A DNA stretch of 63,913 nucleotides, counting the filler, from an uncultured bacterium (GTDB lineage: Bacteria > Latescibacterota > UBA2968): NCBI GenBank assembly GCA_964471275.1. It is 6 parts of 6 records of this genome, joined end to end, with 100 filler letters (N's around TTAATTAATTAA, not from the genome) between each part and the next. Parts side by side here need not be neighbours in the genome. Positions count along the whole stretch, not along the records: positions 11,894 to 22,959 come from CAYYGZ010000160.1; positions 23,060 to 34,070 come from CAYYGZ010000161.1; 4 more parts are not named here. The stretch is one strand, 5' to 3'. Below the pieces are notes generated by a model. That model made no database searches, was not told the DNA's origin, and saw only the letters and a program-made list of their open reading frames with translations. Both the position numbers and the translations under genes were made by a program. Shown here one piece after another: positions 19,412 through 28,873 of the stretch (its first letter is position 1; the number at the start of each line of letters is the position of its first letter).

Positions 19412-20452
19412 TTGACCGCTTCACGATCTGACAACCCCATCCTGGTTCCGGAAGCCGACTGGGAACTGGATGGACTTCTCTGCGCTGTCACCGCAGTCAG
19501 GGAGCCAGATGGAAACGCGCTCCGTCTCTACTACCTCATCCGGTTCAGTGACAGCCCAACCGAGAATCTCCTTTGTGTCGCGCGGTCTGAAGATGGCCGA
19601 ACCTGGGAGAGACCAGACCTCGGAAGCGGCGACAATGTTGTCATGCGGTCATCGGGTCTGACGACCGAATGGGGCACGTTCATGCCCAAGCGAATCATCC
19701 ACGAACCCACGGATGAGCTTGCCCCCTGGAAGATGATCTACTGGGAGCGGCCGAGCGAGGACGCACCCGTCGGAATCTGCCTCGCATCGAGCGCCGACGG
19801 ACTCGAATGGCAGCCGATGAGCGATCGTCCGCTGATCGACAGCGCAAACGACGCGGCGTCATTCACGTGCGCTCATCCGAACCACGCCAAGCCGATCCGA
19901 AACGGCAGCTACCTGTTGTATCAGCAGACGTGGAAGTAAAACCCCGCCCTCCCAGTCGATCGTGACAACCTCGAGCGGTTGCATCGTCGAATCTCGCTGT
20001 GGTATAGTCCTGAATTCTCGATGAGAACGATGAGCCGAGGCTGGGTTGGCCCTATCACCATACTGGAACCGGATGCCGAGGACCCACCCGATCTTCAGCA
20101 TTACTGGCTCACGCCCTTCCTGACCTCAAGTGGATATGGTGGACTGCTGAACTGTCACCACACCACGGATCAGACGATGGACGTGCAGTATGTGACCAGT
20201 CGGGATGGCTGGGAATGGAAGCATGAACTCGACCGGCAGCCCATCGTGCCGCTGGGAGGTCGAGGCAGCTTCGATTGCGGGATGACCTTCTGTATATGCC
20301 CACCGGTAAAGTGGAAAGGCGAAACGCTCCTGTACTACAATGGCCGGGCCACCGTGCACGATGCGGCCCTCCGCTATCCCGATGAGCCGCTTCCCGAACC
20401 AGATAACGGAATCGGCCTGGCTATATCTGAGGACCTCGATCTACTTGACTGA
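19412..20452 (+). pseudogene. Five-bladed beta-propeller glycoside hydrolase-like gene with one in-frame stop
   Basis: GGAGG then TTG 19412; SEDGRTW, SADGLEW, SRDGWEW, GSFD and LLYYNG motifs; TAA at 19937-19939 splits two in-frame ORFs. Confidence 0.7.
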
Positions 20453-21446
20453 TTGAGTCAGGAAGTGACGACGACACGGCAATTAAATCGTGCCGATTGT
20501 AGTCGAAGGCAAAATGCACGAACTGCTCGTTCGCCGAAACAACACCGTCCGGATAGGATAGTTGACCCGGAAAGTCCGTGATCGTGCGTCTATACGACCA
20601 GGTCAGCATGTCGTCGTCGGATACCCAAAGCGCCAGCGGGTTACGGGCTCCCGGCATTCGGCTAGGATTGTGGACCAGCACGATGCGTCCACCGCTCAGT
20701 CGGTGCAGCCGAAATTTCGTCCCGGGATTCGGGATGTCGGTATCTGACCAGGCAGACCACATCAACCCCTTGTCTGAGGACTCGCTGTAGGAGAGACGTC
20801 CGGTGCCATCGGCCCGGCACAGCATCATGAGCCTCCCGTCTCTGCTTTCAACAACGTTGTTCTCGTTCCAGCCCCGTTGGGGCCCAATCAACTCGGACTT
20901 CGACCAGCTCGCCCCGTCATCCTCACTGATCAGCACACCGTTCATTCCCCTGTTGAACGAACCATCCTTCAAGTGTGACGGCCCGGGATCGTCGCTGACG
21001 TCATACGTCTGAAACGGGAGATACCACGTCCCCCAGGTGCTGATGTAGAGATTCCGGACGAACGTCCTCCTGGGCATCGGATCGAAAGAGACCGGTTCAC
21101 CCCAACAGCGCCCTTCGTCAGTGCTCTGTATCGTGAAGCATCGCCAATCCTCGAAGAAACCCTCGTGGTCGTGACCGTAGACCGTGATCACACCGTTTTG
21201 AACGGTGACTTCCGAAAGCAGGCATCCACGATCCTCCTGCCTCAGCACCGTCTCTGTCTTCGACCACGTTGTGCCCTCATCGTCCGACCTGACCAGAGCG
21301 ATATAGTTTTCTCTTCGCGGCTCGTGATCTCCGCCGGTCATAAACACGATGATCCACTGACCACTGGGTAGTATCCGCAGAGCCTGATCGCAGACGCAGT
21401 GATCCCCAGGCACCCCCTTGTACACGTGGACAAGCCGATCAATCAT
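20421..21446 (-). CDS. BNR/Asp-box sialidase-family (exo-alpha-sialidase-like) protein
   Basis: Five Asp boxes (SDDEGTTW, STDEGRCW, SEDDGASW, SSDKGLMW, SDDDMLTW), plus RNPL and SYP. Confidence 0.85.
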   Translation of the reverse strand: MIDRLVHVYKGVPGDHCVCDQALRILPSGQWIIVFMTGGDHEPRRENYIALVRSDDEGTTWSKTETVLRQEDRGCLLSEVTVQNGVITVYGHDHEGFFEDWRCFTIQSTDEGRCWGEPVSFDPMPRRTFVRNLYISTWGTWYLPFQTYDVSDDPGPSHLKDGSFNRGMNGVLISEDDGASWSKSELIGPQRGWNENNVVESRDGRLMMLCRADGTGRLSYSESSDKGLMWSAWSDTDIPNPGTKFRLHRLSGGRIVLVHNPSRMPGARNPLALWVSDDDMLTWSYRRTITDFPGQLSYPDGVVSANEQFVHFAFDYNRHDLIAVSSSLPDSISQVDRGPQI

Positions 21447-21550
21447 CGCACACCCCTTTCGATGCGCTCCGGGGTATAGCGTTCCCCGAATTCCAGCCCG
21501 GTTCCAGAAGCGGACACGCGATATTGATTGGTTCGTTCAGGATTCGCTCT

Positions 21551-21581
21551 CCCCCGTGCGCCCTGCTCCCTTGCACCCCTG
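21551..21581. repeat. C-rich octamer repeat forming a G-quadruplex consensus on the minus strand
   Basis: Minus strand GGGG-TGCAA-GGG-AGCA-GGG-CGCAC-GGGGG immediately after a stop codon. Confidence 0.55.
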
Positions 21582-22685
21582 CTAGATCTTTAGCGCCTTC
21601 GACACCGACTGCTCCTCGATCTCCTCAGCCATGACCTCGCGCCCCAACTCATTCGACAGATAGATTCCCTCACTGATCAACATCGTCTTCAGCGCGAGTT
21701 CGGCTGTAGGCAGCAGCTCGACACGTCCCTGAAGCGCGCCTACCCAATGGTCCTGCGGCGAATCGTAGGCATCTTCGTTTTCACGGACACGGTGCCAGCG
21801 CGTATCGGCCGAGTTCAGCCCCGCCGTTGCCTCGATCTCTACATCATCGATCGTCGCAAAGTAACCAAACGGATTGAGTCTAATACCGCCATCCGACCCG
21901 ACCACATAGCTCCCTTCGAATGCGTCGAGATGGATTGCCCAGGCTTCGATGATATCGAGCGTTACATTCCCGGCCATCCGCACGAGCCCCAGGCCCAGTT
22001 CTTCCACATTGTAGCCGCTGGATTCGCGCCGGTCGGCATACATGCCCATCTCCTGATAGGTCTTCCCGGATACACGCTCGATCTCGGGGACACCCATGAG
22101 ATAGAGCATCCGAGCAATGTGGTAAATGCCCATATCGAACAGCGCTCCACCGCTCGCAACTTCCTTCTTCACGAAATTATCTGTGCCATACCCATCCACG
22201 AATGGCCGTCCACGTCGTCGGTAGCCGGTTGAGCGAGCATGGTAGATCCGACCCAGGCGTCCTTCGTCGATCATCTGCCGGGCAACTCGAGTCTCCTTCG
22301 CGAACAGGGTCGCCAGCTGGATACTCAGCATCTGACCCGTCTCCTCGGCGGCTTTCACCATCGATTTCCCGTCGACATACGACCCCGCGATCGGTTTCTC
22401 GCAGAACACGTGCTTCCCGGCTTCCAGCCCCGCGATCGTGGCTGGCGCGTGAAGATTGTTGTGCATGCAAACATCAACCGCCTGTATGTCATCCCTCGCC
22501 AGAAGATCTCGAAAATCGCCATACGTGTTCGGAATCGTGTATTCGTCTGCAACACGGGCAAGTTCCGGGTCGCTGACATCAGCAGCCGCCACGACTTCGA
22601 CGGCGTCGATGTCACGGTATTTACGAAGATGGCTCTTGCCGATTTGACCGACACCGATAATTCCAATTCTGACCTTATCTGACAT
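21582..22685 (-). CDS. Gfo/Idh/MocA family oxidoreductase
   Basis: IGIIGVGQIG, GKHVFCEKP and GGALFDMGIYH motifs. Confidence 0.92.
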   Translation of the reverse strand: MSDKVRIGIIGVGQIGKSHLRKYRDIDAVEVVAAADVSDPELARVADEYTIPNTYGDFRDLLARDDIQAVDVCMHNNLHAPATIAGLEAGKHVFCEKPIAGSYVDGKSMVKAAEETGQMLSIQLATLFAKETRVARQMIDEGRLGRIYHARSTGYRRRGRPFVDGYGTDNFVKKEVASGGALFDMGIYHIARMLYLMGVPEIERVSGKTYQEMGMYADRRESSGYNVEELGLGLVRMAGNVTLDIIEAWAIHLDAFEGSYVVGSDGGIRLNPFGYFATIDDVEIEATAGLNSADTRWHRVRENEDAYDSPQDHWVGALQGRVELLPTAELALKTMLISEGIYLSNELGREVMAEEIEEQSVSKALKI

Positions 22686-22959
22686 AATTACCTCGTTTGT
22701 GTAGTGCGTTCACCCCAAGAGGGGAGACAGAGATGCTGGTAGAGCAGCGTGTACATCCAGAATCTCTCCCGCGCTCCCTGCGCCTTCGCCCCCTTGGGGC
22801 CCGCCTTCCCGGCATACGTGAGATCACCATCTATCCTGAAGGACGTGCTGTTGATTCTAGCGTGTATTTGCGTAAAAAAGCCGCGTCACCTACTTTCTAG
22901 CCTTCCCACAACCCGCTGAAGACGGTGACAGATTGGCTATCTCAACACAAGAGCTGCAA

Positions 22960-23059
22960 NNNNNNNNNNNNNNNNNNNNNNNNNNNNNNNNNNNNNNNNN
23001 NNNTTAATTAATTAANNNNNNNNNNNNNNNNNNNNNNNNNNNNNNNNNNNNNNNNNNNN
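22960..23059. other. Artificial contig linker
   Basis: N44-TTAATTAATTAA-N44. Confidence 0.99.
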
Positions 23060-23406
23060 CCGGGACACTACCACGAACGCCCTGCGCCCTCGTGCAGGTT
23101 GAGAGGCGTGATGTATAGACTGATGATCGTCTCTGCCAACGCATTATCGTTGGCATCAACGACGCGGGCCGATTGACGCTCGAAACGGCATAGGTGTATT
23201 GAGAGCAGTCCAGATCATCGACCGGGAGCAGAGGCCTGAGTTTCGGCACAACTATACCCTACCTCGAAGACCCACATCACGCTCGCCCCTTGCGGACGGG
23301 AACAGTGAAGGTTGCGCCTTGAGGACAGGGCGAGGAAGAACAATTGATGAAGGTCGTTACGAACTTCGCCCGTCTGGCGGAGATGCTGCAAGACGAGGCA
23401 GGACCG

Positions 23407-24579
23407 TCAGTCCAGACCGAGCGCGGATGCGGCGACCGAGACATATGAGCAGCCGGGGTCTTCAGCAGTGTAATCACCGGTCAGAGCGTATGCACGTGCT
23501 CGGGACCCGCCGCAGACCGTCTTGAATTCACACAGACCACACTTCCCGCCGAGTGCTTCGGGATCCCTCAGCTTCTTGAACAAGCTCGAGGAGCGATAAA
23601 TGTCGATCAAGAATGTGTCGCGAACGTTGCCGCCCTTTACCGGAAGGAAACCACTGGGGAAGACGTCGCCGTTGAAGGCGACGAAGACCACACCGCGGCC
23701 GTCGGTGACACCCGCTGGTGCACGACCAGACCCGATTTTCGGTCGTTCAGCACCTGGACGGGATGCCTCGCCGCTGGCCGCTGCGCTTGCTTTCCGAGCT
23801 TCTGTGGTCTTCTGGATGACGAGGCGAAGATACTGTGGCGCGGCCGTCTTCTTGATATCGAACGGGGCAGACTTTGACAGGGTGTGCAACTGCTCGAAAA
23901 GCGCTTCGTTCTCGTCGGCGGTCAGTGCGTCTTCGATCTGACCTCTGCCCGTTGGGACAAGAAAGAAGACGCTCCAGAGCGAGATACCCAGCTTCATCAT
24001 CAGATCGACCAGCGACTGAAAATCGTCCTTGTTGTACTTCGCAAAAGTGGTGTTGATCTGGACCGGTAGATCAAACTCCTGAGCATACTTTATGCATTTC
24101 ATCGTCCAGTCCCAGGAACCGTCTACCCCTCGGAACACGTCGTGTGTCTCCGGCGATGCGCCATCGAGGCTGACCGCAAGCCTGCTGAGTCCCGCTTCCT
24201 TGATCTGGGAAATGCGTTCTCGTGTCACGAGCGGCGTGCCGCTGGGCGTCATGGTAATCGTCAGGCCGATTCTCGTTCCATACTCGATAATGTCGAGGAT
24301 GTCGGGACGTTTCAGGGGGTCTCCACCCGTCAACACGACAATCGGCTGACCGAAGAGTTTGATATTGTCCAGCAACCGGAAGCATTCGATGGTCGAAAGT
24401 TCCCCCGGCAGCGCATCTTCCTGTGCTTCCGCACGACAATGCCTGCACGCCAGATCGCAAGCGCGTGTGACTTCCCACAGCACGAGGAAAGGGGCGTTAT
24501 CGAAGTCGAAGCTCGGGGGACCTGCCGGTCTTTTCGGTCTGCTGTCAACGGGGTCAGTATTTCCGTTTGCTCTTGCCAA
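23407..24579 (-). CDS. Radical SAM/SPASM protein, TIGR04053-like (AhbD/NirJ-related)
   Basis: WEVTRACDLACRHCRAEA, TGGDP, VFPSGFLP and CGLCEFKTVCGGSRARAYA motifs. Confidence 0.85.
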   Translation of the reverse strand: MARANGNTDPVDSRPKRPAGPPSFDFDNAPFLVLWEVTRACDLACRHCRAEAQEDALPGELSTIECFRLLDNIKLFGQPIVVLTGGDPLKRPDILDIIEYGTRIGLTITMTPSGTPLVTRERISQIKEAGLSRLAVSLDGASPETHDVFRGVDGSWDWTMKCIKYAQEFDLPVQINTTFAKYNKDDFQSLVDLMMKLGISLWSVFFLVPTGRGQIEDALTADENEALFEQLHTLSKSAPFDIKKTAAPQYLRLVIQKTTEARKASAAASGEASRPGAERPKIGSGRAPAGVTDGRGVVFVAFNGDVFPSGFLPVKGGNVRDTFLIDIYRSSSLFKKLRDPEALGGKCGLCEFKTVCGGSRARAYALTGDYTAEDPGCSYVSVAASALGLD

Positions 24580-24963
24580 TTCTTGCTCCCGGTTCTGTCA
24601 GGTGGTCGATCGGACACACACTATTATACAAAAAAACACGAGCACCGGATCATCTGGTCAGGACAGAGAACGCGATGTTAAGACATCCCACGACCCACTG
24701 CTTGATGTTCGACTTCATTAGAGTTGCGACGATGTGATTCCATTGGTGGGGTTACTTTTAGTGGTGCTTCTCGGAACAATATATTGCCTCAGGACGTGCT
24801 GGGGATAATCGTCGTGAGGTAGCAATCCGGAGAGACACTCGAAGCCAGCGAAAGCGAGGGCAAACCGCCGCCACGGCAAATCTCACCTTGACTTTGCTTC
24901 TTCGCGCAAGCATTCTCCCCGCCGTCGGCCGCATAAAACCATGCGGCCATTTCTTTGAGAAAA

Positions 24964-25751
24964 ATGGACAAAAACGCACCCACAGAAGAGCTTCTGGCAC
25001 GGATCAAGACGCTCGAATCGAAGTTGAGAGCCCTCGAGGGGAATCGTAAGGCGGCGATCGATGACCATCGAGAGGGTGCTCTTCGCGAAATATCCTCGGG
25101 GATAAGTCACAATCTCAACAACCTGCTGACGGGCATGCGGTTGCAGGCTGAGTTGATCGAGTCGATTTCAGCGGAACCTGAAGTGCTCGAATGCGTCGCT
25201 GATATCATCCACACAGGACGGCGTGGCGCTGAATTGGTTGCCCGTCTGGGACTGGCACTTCGGAAGAATGTGCCAGCCATCCCGCATCCCATCGATCTCA
25301 AAACGGTGGTTGAGGATGGTGTGGAAACCTCGCGCGCCACGCAGGAGGGTGAGTCAGCACTGGAGGGAAGAACCATCGTCTTGAATGTCGACGTTCCCGA
25401 GAAACTACCTCGGATCCGAACAACGGAAACGGGACTGATCGACATCGTCAAGAATGCTAACGAAGCCTTGCCCGAAGGCGGCGTGATCTCGATATCGGCC
25501 AGGGCTCACCAAACCTGCGTTCAACTCACCGTCCAAGATGATGGCATCGGCGTGGACGCCGACTCCCTGAACGTGGCAATGATCCCGTTCTTCACGACAA
25601 AAAATGATATCGGATCCGGGCTGGGGCTCTCGGCGATCAACGGCCTCCTGAGGGAGTGGGGGGCAAACTCGATATCGCCAGCAGTCCGGGAAACGGCACG
25701 TCGGCCGTCATCGACTTCCCCATCGCAGAAGACACCGATCCTGAATCTTGA
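24964..25751 (+). pseudogene. Sensor histidine kinase (HisKA + HATPase_c), frameshifted
   Basis: H box SHNLNNLL, N box KNANEA, DDGIG, PFFTTK and GSGLGLS; one extra G in the G6 run at 25658-25663 restores WGGKLDIASSPGNGTSAVIDFP...TGA 25749-25751. Confidence 0.75.
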
Positions 25752-25872
25752 TCTCTCCTTACCCTCGACGTTATCTTGGCAGTACGCCGCCATACCTCTA
25801 GAGACTTGTCGTCTGTTCCTCTCTCGCTCCCCCCGGACGCGTTCACTGACGATCTGCTTGGAGACTCGCGTT

Positions 25873-26280
25873 ATGGGTTATACCACTGACGTCCACCAAT
25901 TCACTGTTGCCTGCAAGGATAACCTCCCGGATCACCCGACGCGTATATCCGACGAACGGATTGCGTTTATTCGCCAGATGGTGAATGATGAGATGGAGGA
26001 GCTCGAACAGTCGGAAACCATCACAGAGCAGGCGGATGCGCTCGTCGACGCCATCTACTATATATGCGACTTCGCGGCGACACACGGAATCAACCTCGAC
26101 CCGCTGTTCGACATCGTTCACGGTGCGAATATGCAAAAAATCGTCGACGGCAAGGTCATACGCCGCGACGATGGGAAGATTCTCAAACCTGAGGGTTGGG
26201 AAGACCCGGGACCAAAGCTTGATGCCGAAATCGATCGTCAACTCGAGAAGGGCGCATTCTCGAACGGTTCCATCAGCTAA
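25873..26280 (+). CDS. MazG-like / PRA-PH family NTP pyrophosphohydrolase (DR2231-like)
   Basis: EMEEL...EQADALVDAIY, VHGANMQK and RRDDGKILKPEGW motifs; own ATG at 25873. Confidence 0.85.
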   Translation: MGYTTDVHQFTVACKDNLPDHPTRISDERIAFIRQMVNDEMEELEQSETITEQADALVDAIYYICDFAATHGINLDPLFDIVHGANMQKIVDGKVIRRDDGKILKPEGWEDPGPKLDAEIDRQLEKGAFSNGSIS

Positions 26281-26386
26281 TCCAAACACTCCACAGATCG
26301 AGATACAACCAGCAAAGACGTACCATCATACTGCCCGCCGCCACCAAAAGCGGTGAAATGCTCTTTGGAACGTGAAACGCCGCCCT

Positions 26387-26414
26387 ATCCTCCGAAGCTT
26401 CAGCGTCGGAGGAT
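26387..26414. repeat. REP-like hairpin between convergent genes
   Basis: ATCCTCCGA-AGCTTCAGCG-TCGGAGGAT. Confidence 0.55.
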
Positions 26415-26437
26415 GTTCTCCTGGAACGCCTTCTCCC

Positions 26438-27475
26438 CTAGACCTCGTACTCCGTCCAAGTCCCGGTGCAACCGTGTCCTCGCCTCACGTGAAGCACCCG
26501 ATTCGTCGCATCCGCCACGTAGCCGGATACCGAGATCATGTCTTCTGCGCCGTGTCTGCAGATGGCAGCAGGATCGCCTTCGTGATCCGCCAAAATCCCC
26601 TTCATCGAGTTGACCGAAATCTCGCCATATGCTTCCTGCACGAGCGAGCGCATCCGATCTGCCCGTGGACACGAATCGGCCAGCGAATTCGTCTCGTATC
26701 CAGCATAGTCCGGTGACTCGTAGTGATTTGCGTGGATGATGCAGTCGGGATCGCTGCTGCGATATTCGACCGTGCCCTCCGGCCGGATCTCATAGTCCGC
26801 GATCTGGCCAGGCATACATACGACCATGTTGCCCGCAGAGCAGGTCGCATTTCCTTTAAGAACCCGCACGATTCCATCAAGGTCGGTCTGCTCGAGGCAC
26901 ACACGTTTGATCGGGTAATGCGGTAGGCCCATCTGCCACGGACAGTCGTAGAGGGCGTTGGCGAAATGGGCAAGCCCGTGCTCGTTCATGCCGGCATACC
27001 CCAGCTGCCCGGCGAACGTGAACAACAGGGCTCGCGGTCGCCCGTCCGATGGCGCAGCACGCAAGAGAATGGCAAAATCACCATACTCGGGAGCCAGGTC
27101 CTGATTCTGCCCCGCGAGCGTGACGCCGCCCTGCGTCGCCCCCCCCTTGAGGGCAAAAGCCGTGCACGCCTCATCCCCGACCTTCGTCGCCTCTCCTCTC
27201 GCCTGGCACAGAACCGCCTCATCGAAACTGATCTGCGCCCCATCGGCGAGTCCACGTATCTCCTCCACAAATGCACTACTCAACTCCTCCATCAGCGGCA
27301 GAAACGCCATCGCATTCCGGCAAAGCACGTCTCGCGACTCCCCGGTTATTCGATCGATCCATACGAGGTACTTCTGTATCAGCTCTGCCGCCTGTTCACC
27401 ATGCAGATACCCCATCTCGTATGATGTCCCACCCACCTCAACAAGCGGCCACTCCGACCGAACTTCTGCATGCAT
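26438..27475 (-). CDS. Peptidase C45 family (Ntn hydrolase, acyl-CoA:6-APA acyltransferase-like)
   Basis: YEMGYLHG, EEIRGLADG, autoprocessing A|CTAF, GQNQD, GMNEHGL and HANH motifs. Confidence 0.88.
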   Translation of the reverse strand: MHAEVRSEWPLVEVGGTSYEMGYLHGEQAAELIQKYLVWIDRITGESRDVLCRNAMAFLPLMEELSSAFVEEIRGLADGAQISFDEAVLCQARGEATKVGDEACTAFALKGGATQGGVTLAGQNQDLAPEYGDFAILLRAAPSDGRPRALLFTFAGQLGYAGMNEHGLAHFANALYDCPWQMGLPHYPIKRVCLEQTDLDGIVRVLKGNATCSAGNMVVCMPGQIADYEIRPEGTVEYRSSDPDCIIHANHYESPDYAGYETNSLADSCPRADRMRSLVQEAYGEISVNSMKGILADHEGDPAAICRHGAEDMISVSGYVADATNRVLHVRRGHGCTGTWTEYEV

Positions 27476-27506
27476 AAGCTTGCCTCTCTATTTCCTTGAT
27501 CAACAA

Positions 27507-27596
27507 CCTCTGCCCTTACCCTCTCCCGTCCCAAGAGAGAGGGCGGTTGACGAAGTCGGGCGGGCGGAGGACTTGCCATCGACACCCTCCCGCCCT
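27507..27596. repeat. CCCTCTCCC..GAGAGGG REP-like palindrome plus an adjacent hairpin
   Basis: CCCTTACCCTCTCCCGTCCCAAGAGAGAGGG followed by GGGCGGG...CCCGCCC. Confidence 0.5.
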
Positions 27597-27613
27597 GTCT
27601 CGCCTGCCAACCT

Positions 27614-28730
27614 CTACCGCACCGCCACCCGCTTCCGCTCAAAATACACCCAATCCCACTCCGCCCCCCAGCCGGGCAAGCTGGATGGCTTGATCTCGCC
27701 TTCCACGGGCACAGGCGGATTCATCAGACCGATCAGCTCCTTCCCCGCAGCGTCTCGCGATCCGCCAGGGAAGTACTCATAGTATGTCGTGTTCTCAACG
27801 GCACAGCAAAGATGAGCGTGGACGTGCCCGAACAGACCACCCGGACCGTTCGGTTCGACGGTTGTCCCCAGTATCTTCGCGGCAGCCGCCAACTCGAGGT
27901 AGGCCGTGGTCCCGATCCGGCCGTTCGCTCGCAGTGTATCGGCGGCACCCGTCTCCAGCCAGACACGACTGAGGTCGACATCGTTCATCAGCGTCTCGGG
28001 TGCCAGAATAGGAATCTCGAGCGTGTCGCAGAGCTTCTGCAATCCGACAAGATTCCGATCGTCCAGTGGCTCCTCGAACCACCCAAACTGCAGCCGCTCA
28101 AGAGCCCTTCCGACTCCGACCGCCTCCTCGGGCGAGTAGTCACAGCCCGCCGCATCGTGCAGGAGGTCGACATCAGGTCCAACTGCATCCCTAGCGGCCT
28201 CAAACCACCGCGCGTTCTCTTCCCCCGTGCCTCGAAAATGGTCTTTGACAGCCTTGAAGCCTTTCTGGACGGCCTGCCTTGCATCTTCCGCCGCAGCATC
28301 CTTTGTACCGCCACCAAAGTTGTAGTATGCGGGGCAATTCGACCGGGCCCGACCGATCAGCTCAGAAACCGACTTACTTTCTGCTTTTCCCGCGATATCC
28401 CAAAGACAGTTGTCGAATGCGCCGTGCCAGCCATACATCGTGAACATCCCCCGCGACGCTGCCCTGCACTTCGAGTACAGCCTTGCGCGGTCCGTCGGAT
28501 TCTCTCCTGATGCAAGCAGCCTGAGCTGCTCCAGATCCTCCGTTCGCATCTGTGTGTAGCGCGCATCACCAACCGTACACACCCCTTCGATCCCATCATC
28601 CGTTCGAACGTGCAGCACGTGCAGTTCGCGAACCGGCTGATTGTGCCCCTTCCGCACCCTCGTGCATCTCGAACAGGCCGGTATTTGACTTGGTCTCGAA
28701 CACCGACAGGGTGATTTCCTGAATCTTCAT
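27614..28730 (-). pseudogene. Mandelate racemase/muconate lactonizing enzyme (enolase superfamily), frameshifted near the 5' end
   Basis: ATG 28730 (MKIQEITLSVFET) is out of frame with the body starting about 28657; body has DNCLWDIAGK, KxH, D/E/E metal ligands (LHD, WFEEP, APE) and PGWG. Confidence 0.75.
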
Positions 28731-28742
28731 TCTACCCCCAAC

Positions 28743-28771
28743 AAAAAGGTTCCCGGACAAAGCCGGGAACC
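28743..28771 (-). terminator. Intrinsic terminator after the dehydratase gene
   Basis: Minus strand GGTTCCCGG-CTTTGT-CCGGGAACC-TTTTT. Confidence 0.75.
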
Positions 28772-28873
28772 AGATTCGGGATGGCTACCGGGTCGCCGGA
28801 TCACCCCTTGCCCCTCCGCGCCCCTGCAACAACTAGCCTCCCAGATGCCATTCGGTGGTAGTCTTACGATTGC

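Noticed and set aside
23060..23400. Stop-riddled plus-strand frame at the contig start
   Set aside because: No recognisable family; cannot be distinguished from non-coding DNA.
24845..24890. GGGCAAACCGCCG..CGGC resembling a c-di-GMP-I riboswitch upstream of the kinase
   Set aside because: No GNRA loop, no GACGCAAA junction and no second stem; would need an Infernal/Rfam hit.
24955..26280. 441-aa ORF as a genuine novel kinase-pyrophosphatase fusion
   Set aside because: The proper kinase C-terminus is present in another frame, the linker is non-protein-like, and the second domain has its own ATG.
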